Shown in pieces: positions 1-11,655 of a stretch of 64,000 nt of DNA. The notes below the pieces were generated by a model. That model ran no database searches. It was not told where the DNA came from and saw only the letters and a list, made by a program, of their open reading frames with translations. The translations under genes and the position numbers were made by a program. The stretch is from the NCBI GenBank assembly GCA_964016885.1, contig OZ024748.1:49786001-49850000 (forward strand), written 5' to 3'. Numbering within the stretch: position 1 is the stretch's first letter; every line of letters starts with the position of its first letter. This DNA is from Eledone cirrhosa. Its lineage: Eukaryota.

Positions 1-272
1 GGAAGAGCTCCCCTCTCTTCATCAAATCAACCACCCTACAGCCGCATGCTCAGAGTAGGCCCATTCACACAGGCCATTCTCTCTACATTCATCCGCCTTT
101 TACTGGAGCAGCACTTCTCTCTCCACTTTTCTTTCCAAGTGAAACTTGAAAAAAGTTGATGACGGATTGGCTAAAGAGGAAAGTGTCTGTCTTCAGTCCT
201 TTCAACCTGGTCCACCATACAACCACTTTCACTACGGCCACCAGACAGGAAAATTGCCTGCCCTTCCCGGTC
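1..272 (-). mobile_element. 3' fragment of Tx1-like LINE (end of ORF2 plus start of 3' UTR), cut by window edge
   Basis: Translation CLVAVVKVVVWWTRLKGLKTDTFLF matches the C-terminus of the intact ORF2 at 42321-45740 (CLVAMAKEIVWWTRLKGLKTSTYLF); frameshifted. Confidence 0.85.
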
Positions 273-274
273 AA

Positions 275-850
275 CTAGATAATTGAACCCCCGCCCCCTC
301 CCTTTGACCTTGTGTTATTTTGTAGTACTTTTAAAGTACCAGTCAAATACTGAAGTCTATATGATCGACTTTGTCTCTCCCTTAAATTGCTGGCCTTGTG
401 CAAAATTTAGAAATCATTATTAAAGATTGGAGGGATTGGCAGTATCGGTAGAGCGTCGGTCAACATGCTTTGCGGCATAGAGTTACGTCACTTTACTTCC
501 CGACTTCAAATTCAACCGAGGTTACCTTTGCCTTATGGGGTCGATAAATTAAAGTACCATTAAGACACTGGGGTCGATTTAATCGGCTTTCCCCTTCCTT
601 TCTAATTGCTGGCCTTGCTCCAAAAGTAGAAACATTTATTAAAGAGGTTCTGGATTAACAGAATCGTTAGGACGTTAGACAAATTCTTAGCAGTAATTGT
701 TCCAGCTCTTTACGTTATGAGGTCAAGTCCCACCGTGGCTTTCTTTGCCTTTCATTCTTCCGAGGTCGATAAAATAAAGTACCAGTTAAATACCAGTCAA
801 TTGTTCCTTTTCCCCCAACTTACTGACCTTGTGCTTAAAATAGAAATCAT
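275..850 (+). mobile_element. Tandem cluster of tRNA-derived SINE copies (family 1): partial copy 275-420, copies ~425-638 and ~645-850
   Basis: Repeated motifs ttggcagtatcggtagag (box A-like), gttcaaat (box B-like), gcctttcatcc..ggtcgataaaataaagtaccag (central domain resembling the Meta-SINE domain as I recall it) and 3' gctggccttgtgc..agaaa. Confidence 0.85.
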
Positions 851-859
851 TAATTATGT

Positions 860-1450
860 TGCAATTTAGATTTTTCCTGTTTCAGTATCACTACCATCCA
901 CCTACCAGAATTACTGCAGGCAAAATAGTCTTCCAACTCGCATTTAAGGTGGTTTCTTTAATTTTGCGAATAGCTATTGCAATTATCTTCACACAATTCA
1001 AAATATAATTTTTTTTTTTGCTGTAGCTCTGAAACAGTAATCTGGTTTTCTTCCATATTATCCAGTAATTTTTTTTTCATTATACGAATGTTTAACATAA
1101 TTTGTCTTAATATTACAAATTATGCCTTTATCTAATGGTTGGATAAGTGGTGTCATATTGGGCGGTAAAAAAAACAGAAGCTGAATGTTAGGGTGTTCTA
1201 AATTACAGTGATGTAACGAAGCATTATCAATTAGCAGCAAAATTTTGATGTCAATATTATTTTCTTTTGGATAAATTTGAGCTTCAGGAACAAAGTTTTG
1301 ATAGAACCAATTTTCGAATATTGCAGCAACCAACCCTGATTATTTGCACGTCAATGGTTATTTTTATTCAATCGTCTCATTGCACGAGAATTAAGAGGCC
1401 TATTAATTAATAATGACTTCATTGAACAGTCACCCATTGCGTTACTGCAT
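860..1450 (-). mobile_element. Decayed pogo/Tigger (DDE_1, CENP-B-like) transposase fragment
   Basis: ORF 1058-1333: NWFYQNFVPE..KILLLIDNASLH..FLPPNMTPLIQPLDKGII, the typical DNA..H and LPPN.T..IQP.D.GII motifs of Tigger/pogo transposases. Confidence 0.85.
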
Positions 1451-1456
1451 CGTAGT

Positions 1457-1690
1457 AATTGTTTCTACTTTTTGGCATAAGGCCAGCAATTACCCCAGTG
1501 CATTACTGGTACTTTATTTTATCGATCTCAACGTAAGGATGAAAGGCAAAGTTAACCTCGGCAGGATTTGAACTCAGAATGTAAAGGGCCATAACTCTAT
1601 GCTGCAAAGCGTTCTGATTTAGGCACAAGGCCAAAAATTTGAAAGGAGGGGCATGTCAATTAAATCGATCCCAGAGATTGAGTGATAACA
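1457..1690 (-). mobile_element. SINE family 1 copy plus tail of a second copy, adjoining the Tigger remnant
   Basis: Reverse complement of the family 1 consensus (tttctacttttggcataaggccagcaatt...gatttgaactcaga). Confidence 0.85.
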
Positions 1691-1773
1691 AAATACATAG
1701 CTGCAGCTGTCCCTTTTCCATATAAAGCGTGAAACTAATAAGACTTTTTGTACCTGTCTTTGTTGTCCCCTTG

Positions 1774-1814
<41 letters not shown>

Positions 1815-1869
1815 GTAATTCCGTCGGAAAAGTTCAGGAAAAAAGAGTGCTCTATGTAGGTAACAGAGC

Positions 1870-1905
<36 letters not shown>

Positions 1906-2301
1906 AAAGCAAATGGCATATAAAAATACGGTATATGAAACATTAAAACAGGAGATAATTTGCAAAGAAGGTAAGAACAGATAATTACAAAGGAGTAGTA
2001 TAGTTAAATTTAATAAAAATATCAAACGTAACATACTGGACATTACATAACTACTTTACTCTCTCGTAGGTAATTCCTTTCTGGCTTCAGAAAAATGCTT
2101 AACCTTTTAAAATAGTCAGGTCCAGTGGTCAATTAGGGTCATCGGCAAGAGAGAATCAACCATAAGAACTTACACCTCTAAAGCAAACCTAGGGATTGGC
2201 CGAAACGCACATGGAATTTTGAAAAAAAGAAAAACTACCGCGTATCGATCTTGTCCATGTGACGTGAATAGGTATAATGATGATGATGATGATGATGATG
2301 A

Positions 2302-2367
<66 letters not shown>

Positions 2368-2498
2368 TGTAATATATATGTATTAAATATGTATATGATA
2401 CAATAATGATTCTTTGTTCCTTATTTATTATTAATGATTAGTGCTTATCTTGGTATATCACCTGTGAACGCAATCCAATTGCACCTCTACTACAACAG

Positions 2499-2570
<72 letters not shown>

Positions 2571-2577
2571 TATATAT

Positions 2578-2942
2578 ATAGCTAAAAAGTGAAGGTGAAA
2601 ATGCACAGAAGTATATATTTAAAGATTATTTTTCTTTAATTCGACAGAATGAATAATCTTATATTTGTTTCATCAGTGTTGATTGGTATAACACTTTTAT
2701 CAAATATTAGATCTTAAATATTGCATATGAAGAAAAAAATCTCTTTTTCATGCTCACACAAAACATGATAAAAAAACATTGTGTTTAAATATTCAACAGT
2801 TAATATTTGATAAGATTGTTATACCAATCGAAACCGGTTATATTTAATGCAACAATCATAAAATTAATCATTTTGTCGGATTAAAGAAAACATAATCTTT
2901 AGATATACTTCTGTTCATTTTCACCTTCACTTTTTAACTATA
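2578..2942. repeat. Imperfect inverted repeat between microsatellites containing a decayed hammerhead-like motif (2802-2845)
   Basis: Arm gctaaaaagtgaaggtgaaaatg..gaagtatat..aaagattat pairs with ataatcttt..atatacttc..cattttcaccttcactttttaac; internal aatat-tTGATaA-gattg..caatc-GAAA-ccgg-TT-atatt. Confidence 0.65.
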
Positions 2943-2978
2943 AGCTTTGTTTTCTATAGAACCTTACCTACTTTTTTT

Positions 2979-3058
<80 letters not shown>

Positions 3059-3734
3059 GGTATTACTTTAACTATAATAAAGAAAGGAGTGCGGGACTGC
3101 GTCCAGAATATATTTTTTTTTACGCGTTTGTAAAATAAGTGGGATTACTTTGAATAAATAATGAATGAATATTACATAATTTATGTGCTAAATTTCGTGG
3201 ATGTTGATTAAATATATTTTATAGCTTATTTAAAGATTCACTTCTTTAAAATTTTCAAATGTCAACATTTCCGGTTAGCGGCCGTTATATTATAACACTT
3301 ATAAAAATATCGCAAATATTTCCGTCGCTAATTTTCTCCTAATGGAGTTTATATATAATATCGTTTTTTTTTAAATCATGGATTACTTTACTGATTACAG
3401 AAGACAGTGTAACATAGACTTCGTTCAATTTCTGTGTATATTGTCAATTACGATTTTATTTGATGTATATATGCATATATATTTGTGAATAATATCAATA
3501 TACACACTACACATGATAGCAGAAAACCACCCGAAGGGAGGTTTTTCTGCTACTATATATAATATATGAATATCAACAGTATGATAGGAGTAAATATTTC
3601 AGCGGTGTGTTCTACATATTCCCGTAGAGAGGGATTTTGTCTTCTAATTCCACGGATAATCAGCGTTAATTGAAGTTTTCAACCGACTGTATTGCATTTG
3701 TCATATCCTATCATATGTGTATATAGTAGAATGC

Positions 3735-4064
3735 ATCGCTAAATTCAGCTACCCACCTTTGCGCTGTTGATAAAGCTGGAGCATCATCCCCTAATGTAGC
3801 AAGTATATCCGCATGAATGTCCTTGGGCGCTAAACCCTTTTCTGCAGATACTTGATAACACCATTATGCCAAATTCTGTCAATTTTCAACAGGAGTCGCT
3901 ACTAGTTACGTTTAAAATCTTCTTTGAACAGTCAGATATCAGTAACCTGGAAAGAAACAATGCAGTTAATAATAAGAAGAGCTGAAATTAATACAAGCAA
4001 GATTTCACAGCTCTAGCATCATTCCTTTATAGTCAGTCTATGAACTGTTTAGCCAATTTTCGTA
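3735..4064 (-). mobile_element. mariner-like transposon 5' remnant (TIR plus N-terminal HTH)
   Basis: Minus-strand translation RIWHNGVIKYLQK/GLAPKDIHADILATLGDDAPALSTAQRWVAEF resembles the mariner transposase HTH; terminal tacgaaaattggctaaacagttcat resembles a mariner TIR after TA. Confidence 0.75.
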
Positions 4065-4749
4065 ACATATCATAATCGCATAAGGTAGAGTAGGGTAAAT
4101 CTGATAGAAATACATTAAAACTTATATGTCAATGATTAAAACATTTACAAATGAAATCTTGCTTGAATGAACAAGAGGCAATAACTGCTGACGATCACAC
4201 AAAGTTTCGTTGATACATTTATATGGCGTTAGTTCCTTAAATGGTTTTCAGTTATTGCTTCTTGTTCATTCAAGCAAAATTTAATATGCAAAATGTTTTA
4301 CAATTTGACATACAAATTTTATGTATTTCTATCAGTCTTAAGCGATATAAAGTGAAAGTCCGATTTTCTAATGGGAAATCTCTTTGAAATACGCAGAGTT
4401 GTACATGGAAAATGACGGTAAAGCTATCGTACAATTCACATAATAAAAACAATTTCGACCAAAACTAAAATAATTGTTAAAGTGAAACCTACTCCCCTGA
4501 AAACGGAGGGGCTAATATATGTGCTGCATATATTTCTCTACATAACTTCTTCCATCACTTTCTTATATAGAAAGAAATATGTTAGAATTTCACCACATTC
4601 TATTTAATACATACTCTACTGTTATGCCCATTTCGATGGTATCTGTTATGTAATCTCTTCAGATAGATTTTCGCCAGCATAAACATTTATGACGTATATT
4701 CTTATGTGATATACCAGTTGAACGGCTAAGGTATTGTTTCTTCACTACT

Positions 4750-5344
<595 letters not shown>

Positions 5345-5375
5345 CATATATATACATATATATACATATATATAC

Positions 5376-5408
<33 letters not shown>

Positions 5409-5720
5409 CATATATATACATATATATATATATATACATATATATATACATGTGCGCACGCGCGCGTGTTCGTGCGTGTGTGTGTGTTGGGGCTCTGAAA
5501 TAGTGATGTATATATGAATATTGTATACTTAACAATATACTGTATGTATATTTAAAAACACGTTGACGGCCTGTCTCTATAAATTTAAGGTAGTGACTAT
5601 AGTTGCATACCTAGCTTCAGCAAAAGCAAAGGGAAATAACCGACGATCGATTGTCACTTTTTAGTGTTTGTCAAAGCTATATATCCCCTCGCCTTTGCTG
5701 TAAGCTATAGAAGCTGAATT

Positions 5721-5819
<99 letters not shown>

Positions 5820-5963
5820 AATTAATATCTAGTAACATATATATACATACAGATGCATATCAATGCTAGCAAATATATAGGTTTTGTCTTAGTAATCCAC
5901 TGAATTATTTTTTAATAAGTTTCCAGAGTCCACGCTTTGCCTGGATACTTAGACGAGAATAGT

Positions 5964-6043
5964 CTTCCCTGACGACGGAATGATTCTCTGTATTTTCTTC
6001 GGAAAATATATTTATTCCATTCCAGAAACTAATTAGTTGGAAG
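5964..6043 (+). ncRNA. Type-I hammerhead ribozyme motif in a (TA)n-flanked repeat (5816-6096)
   Basis: cttcc-CTGACGA-c-ggaatg...cattcc-a-GAAA-ctaattag-TT-ggaag: complete core boxes, stem I 5 bp, extended stem II, palindromic minimal stem III, GUU triplet. Confidence 0.7.
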
Positions 6044-6106
6044 TGATATTTTAGTAAGTAAGTTAATTTTATAATTTTCTTATTTTACGTTTCTCATATA
6101 TATATA

Positions 6107-6146
<40 letters not shown>

Positions 6147-6349
6147 TCACGTATATATGCATTTCGAAAATTGTTGTACACTTATCCTGGAGTTCCAGAA
6201 ATCGATCGAAGCGTTTATAGATTCGAAACGGTTCATGTTAGTCTTCTACCTATTCACATTTGTTGTTGTGGTGGCTATATACTATGACCACGTACACCTA
6301 ATCGATTTATATATGGTATCACACTTATCTAACATTATTTGTTAACTCT

Positions 6350-6533
6350 TTGGTGGATTGGCAGTACCGGTAGAGAGTCGGACGCCATGCTTTGCAGCAC
6401 AGTTACATCCCTCTACGGTCTGAGTTCAAATCCCACCGAGGTTCATTTGCCTTTCAACCTTACGGGGTCGATAAAATAAAGTACCAGTAATACACTGGGA
6501 TAATTGCTGGCCTTGTGCCAAAAAGTAGAAACA
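6350..6533 (+). mobile_element. Full-length SINE family 1 copy with 16-bp TSD
   Basis: TSD attatttgttaactct at 6334-6349 and 6534-6549. Confidence 0.92.
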
Positions 6534-6689
6534 ATTATTTGTTAACTCTGGATGAGACATTTATTAAACTTTCGCTCCTCTGAGTGCTTTGTAACTGCCT
6601 CAAACAATCCATTGCAGCTACATCTTCAATTCATACCGAATTATATATTTTTCATATATAAACGAAACTTCCCGCTTTTTTTCTATTAC

Positions 6690-6719
<30 letters not shown>

Positions 6720-6725
<6 letters not shown>

Positions 6726-6950
6726 CAACACTGGCTTTGAGGAACAATCAACATGTTTCTCGGTCATTATCCTTCATCAGGACTGTATACCTCTGACAGT
6801 CTGTTGAACAGTTGAAAATATATAGTATTTTCTTAAGCAAACATCGGTTGAATAGCCTCATTTGCATACTGAGCGAGTTACGGTTGTCCTTGCCGAATAT
6901 TAAAAACAAAATAAAAAATAAAAAATAAAAAATAGAATTTTATTTCTCAC
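6720..6950 (-). mobile_element. Diverged relative of hammerhead repeat family A; HHR at 6744-6786
   Basis: Minus strand acagtc-CTGATGA-aggataatgaccga-GAAA-catg-TT-gattgt; shares tatgcaaat..ggct and cagtgttgaacaa with family A; (TA)n on both sides. Confidence 0.65.
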
Positions 6951-6979
6951 CCTATATATATATGTATATATATAAATGT

Positions 6980-7241
6980 ATAAATTGAAACAAAATGAAA
7001 ACGAAATTTCATTTCTCACTCTTAGTATGGCACTTACTTAAATGTAAGTATGCATGTATACGTACATACATATATGTATACAGACGTACAGTAGCATGCA
7101 CATATATATATATATATATGTGCATGCTACTGTACGTCTGTATACATATATGTATGTACGTATACATGCATACTTACATTTAAGTAAGTGCCATACTAAG
7201 AGTGAGAAATGAAATTTCGTTTTCATTTTGTTTCAATTTAT
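6980..7241. repeat. Perfect 262-bp palindrome centred on (TA)n at 7110/7111
   Basis: Identical 62-aa ORFs on both strands (6995-7183 +, 7038-7226 -); arm ends checked complementary out to 6980/7241. Confidence 0.95.
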
Positions 7242-7552
7242 CGTTTTCGGTATGCCTGACCGATTTAACTCACTCAATATGCAAATTAGGCTGCTCAGCC
7301 GTTAATTTTCATAAGGAAAGTATATACTTTCGAACGTTCAACTATCTGGCAGATGGGTAAACGGTGCTGATGATAGCTAACAAGCTTGAAACTAGTACAT
7401 CGTTCCTGTGTCAGTGTTGAACAAAAAAGGTGACGTGGTTGCCTTAACACCGTATGGCATAAATTCAGGCTGTTCAGTTTGTTTACAAACGAACAAAGCG
7501 ACGTTAGCGCCGCTAAACTGATACGTGCATATATGTATGTGTACCTGTATGC

Positions 7553-7589
<37 letters not shown>

Positions 7590-7650
7590 CATGCTACTGT
7601 ACGTCTGTATACATATATGTATGTACGTATACATGCATACTTACATATAA
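7111..7650 (+). mobile_element. Hammerhead-bearing non-coding repeat, family A (retrozyme-like / Penelope pLTR-like), ~1.1 tandem units
   Basis: The unit starting tgcatgctactgtacgtctg at ~7121 recurs at ~7588; homologous to 15660-16067 and 34560-35248; no ORF. Confidence 0.75.
7360..7404 (+). ncRNA. Minimal type-I hammerhead ribozyme
   Basis: aacggtg-CTGATGA-t-agct-aaca-agct-t-GAAA-ctag-TA-catcgtt: stem I 7 bp with one G-U, stem II agct/agct, palindromic CTAG stem III, GUA triplet (predicted cleavage after 7397). Confidence 0.8.
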
Positions 7651-7895
7651 ATGTATATATTTATATGTATATATATAAATGTATATATATATGTATATAT
7701 ATAAATGTATATAATGACACGTAGAGTGTTGAACAAACAGGTGACGATCGGTGACCGGCTCAGCTTGAAATTGCGCCATTTGTTTACAAACGAATCGAAT
7801 ATTGTTATTAATTGTTTCTACTTTTGGCACAAGGCCAGCAATTATCCCAGTGTATTACTGGTACTTTATTTTATCGACCCCGTATATATATATAT

Positions 7896-7966
<71 letters not shown>

Positions 7967-7976
7967 CATATATACT

Positions 7977-8032
<56 letters not shown>

Positions 8033-8097
8033 CATATATACTTATATACACACATATATATATATATTTATATACATACATATATACATATATACCA

Positions 8098-8151
<54 letters not shown>

Positions 8152-8529
8152 ACATACATACATACATACATAGAGATCGAAATCGAGTAGAAGTCAAACA
8201 TAACTGATTCAATCGTTTTGATAATTAAGATTTGAATTTTGAGACATGGTATGTTCGAGAAATCTTTTGGTATTGATTTTTATGGAAATTCTTTTCTAAT
8301 TTGACAAAACAAACGACGAAATTACAAATGTAGTGTAAAAAATTATAAATAAAAAGTAGGAAAAGAACGATTTTAAGAACAATAAGACAACATATAGAGA
8401 CAATAATTTGTGTTTTATCAAAGTCTGGCACAGGAAATGTATATATTAACACTCAATACTTACATATACACACTCATACGTGCACACTAGGTATGTGTGT
8501 ATGACTGTATGCAAATATGTATATATATA

Positions 8530-8556
8530 TACACACACAAACGCACTTGCACACGA

Positions 8557-8590
<34 letters not shown>

Positions 8591-8610
8591 GCACAAACAC
8601 ACTTGCACAC

Positions 8611-8668
<58 letters not shown>

Positions 8669-8688
8669 GCACAAACACACTTGCACAC

Positions 8689-8726
<38 letters not shown>

Positions 8727-8772
8727 GCACAAACACACTTGCACACGAATATATATATATATATATATATAT
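8530..8772. repeat. Four tandem units of agacacacgcacaaacacacttgcacacgaa+(TA)n
   Basis: Direct reading; the unique ~31-bp part is near-identical and the (TA)n length varies. Confidence 0.9.
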
Positions 8773-9344
8773 TTACTCACAACCAGACAGAAGCATAGGA
8801 AGATTTCGCATCAATTCTTAGAACTGAACGTACAAAATAAATCAACTGAGCCAAAATACAAAAATAAATACAAAAATAAAAATAGGAAGAAAAACGAAAA
8901 AGAATGAAAACCCACAGCAAGAATGTGTAACTATTCATTTACATTATAATTGTCTGTTTAGAAGAAGAGATAAATATAATTATAAAATCAAGACGGAAGC
9001 AAAAGAAAAAACATAACAGCAACATCGGAATTACATCAATAAAGGTAAAAGAAAGAAGAAATCAAACATATATATCAATATGTAAAACAGCTATATTTAG
9101 TTGTAAAAGAAATTACAGAGAATTTGCTGTTCTGATCTGTTAGAATAATTAAACGAGCTCAATCATTACTTGAAGCTAATTAGGAATAAGGAATTTTAAA
9201 TTTTCATTTTAGTGATTTATTTTTCTTTTAGCGAAGTTTTATCGAAATTTTAACGACAATTTCATTGGCAATTTTGTGACTTCGCCACAGATCACAGATT
9301 AAAATCATTGATCTCTCTTCCTTCATCCTCCCCCTTTCTTTCTC

Positions 9345-9397
<53 letters not shown>

Positions 9398-9689
9398 GGT
9401 CACATTTTGCGAGATTCATGCTGCATTTAAAATGATACACCAATTGAATTTCACTTCGGTTTTTATTATTAGTCAGGTAACTAATATATTCATCAGTTGG
9501 TTTATTAACCGGATGGTAATTGTTAAAATCTTTCGCCACACAATCTGCGATGTTATCAATGCCATTTTTGGCTCTCTGTGTCAAATAGGAACAAGTGTGA
9601 ATTTCTTTTTAAATCATGGTAAAATTCGGATTGAAAACATCATCTGCATCTGTACCTTTGTCTTTAGCCTGGATTGCCTTGGAAACGTG

Positions 9690-11101
9690 ACCATCTTGCA
9701 TACGATGCTGCAATGTACAGTGGCCACCTTTCGGAACCGTTCGGCCCGTGAAGGGTGCCTTCTCTTCTCCATTCTGTACGTATTGATTCTCGAGCCTTTA
9801 CTGCGAAAGGTGGCGCTGTTCCAGGGCACCCCACTCGAACCGGGATCTGAAAAGTCTGTGTCGGCTTATACAGACGACATTACCGTCCGTCATCTACTAC
9901 CATCAGACCGTCGTGCGTCGCCCAATTGGAGCGGATTCTCTTCAAATTCTTGTGGAGGGGACAGGTTCCGTTGGTGAGGCGGTCCATCTGCAGCCAGCAC
10001 CCTCTATGCGGAGGGCTGCGCATGCCGTGGCTAATGATGCGCAAGCGTGCGCTGAGGCTACGGCATCTCCAGACATTGAACAGGTGGGGTCGCCGTTTGT
10101 GAGACAGGGCTTTCCGTAGCTCGTCTCTTTGACTGAGCTGCAGTTCTGGGTCAAGAAGAAACCGAGACTGGGTGCCTGGTATCTGGAATGTTGCCATGCA
10201 TTCTACTAGGCGGGCCATGTGGTCAGTAGAACTTCCACTTCCGAGTTTCATAAAGGATTAGTGATGGGTAAGTGAGATGACGCACTCGGAGGTGGTTTGG
10301 GTGTCGACCAAGTCAAACTGATCAGTCTGTTTCGGAGAACTTCCAAGTCGGGGACTATGGATAACTTCCAGAAATCCCTCACTTGGCATTGCTACCGGAG
10401 GGCACTGCCGGTTCGAGATAAACTCAATAGGCACGGACGTGTTGGCAGACGGACCTGCCCGAGATACTCGCAGAGTGACGAAACCGTTCTGCACTCACTC
10501 GTCCAGTGTCTGTCCATTACTGACTTGTGGAGTTATGTAGAACAGCTGTTGTCGCTGATCCGGCTATCAACCGAGTCCATAGTGAAGATAGAACCGCCGT
10601 CTTCTTTTGGCCAGGAAGGGCTGACAATTTTCCTCTGTCGGGTGGCAGTAGCGAAAGAGGTTCTGTGGTGGGCCATGTTGAAAGGACTGAAGACAGACAC
10701 TTTTCTCTTCGGCCAATCCCTCATCAACTTTTTCAAGTTTCACTTGAAAAAGTTGATGAGGGTGGAGAGAGAATTGTTGCCCCTCCCCCCAGTAAATTTG
10801 TTAGTTAAGAGGTGGGTGAATCTGACGAGAGTGTCCCGTGTGAATGGGCCTGCTCTGAGCATGCGCCTGTCGACTGGCTAATTTGAGGAGGAGAGGGGTG
10901 CCCTTCCCAGGTGCCCTCGATGCCTCGGGTTGTTCAAGATTGGTGGGGTACCTGATCGCCCTGGGTGGTTGTCCCCCCCCCTATTGGAGAATTTTTATTG
11001 TTGTATTTTTATAGTTATTTTGTTATTGTTGTTTATATTTTTTACACGTTATATATGTAAACCCTTGCCCCTATATGTCGGCCTTTGCGGCCAATAAAGA
11101 A
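9690..11101 (+). mobile_element. 5'-truncated, internally deleted Tx1-like LINE copy ending in (ATT)n
   Basis: Peptides LYVLILEPLL..SVSAYTDD and MDNFQKSLTWHCYRRALPVRDKL..CPRYSQSDETVLHSLVQC match the intact ORF2; 3' aataaagaaa followed by ttattattatt. Confidence 0.92.
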
Positions 11102-11128
11102 ATTATTATTATTATTATATAGTCATTT

Positions 11129-11297
11129 ATATCGGTAGAGGGTTGGACGCCATGCTTTCTAGCATAGTTACGTCCCTTTACAGTCTGAGTTCAAATCCCG
11201 CCGAGGTTAACTTTGCCTTTCATCCTTACGGGGTCGATAAAATAAAGTACCAGTAATGTACTGGGTAATTGCTGGCCTTGTGCCTAAAGTAGAAACA
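11129..11297 (+). mobile_element. SINE family 1 copy (slightly 5'-truncated) inserted at the (ATT)n tail of the Tx1 copy
   Basis: 18-bp TSD attattatatagtcattt at 11111-11128 and 11298-11315. Confidence 0.9.
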
Positions 11298-11531
11298 ATT
11301 ATTATATAGTCATTTGCATAAGGACGACTACATTTCACATTTCAAGTGTTTTCAATGCCTCTTAAGTCAGCCGAATGTTTACAATCTTATATGCAGTATT
11401 TATATCTTCTAAAAGAGTGTAAATCGTAATGTAATGGCTAACGTACTAACCTGACATCAGAGAGCATACACACACAGATATGTATGAATACATATATGCA
11501 TACACCTCTCTCTCTCTTTCTCTCTCTCTCT

Positions 11532-11570
<39 letters not shown>

Positions 11571-11580
11571 CATACATACA

Positions 11581-11655
<75 letters not shown>

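Noticed and set aside
8530-8772. Repeat-spacer pattern resembling a CRISPR array
   Set aside because: Spacers are pure (TA)n, the context is eukaryotic and there are no cas genes.
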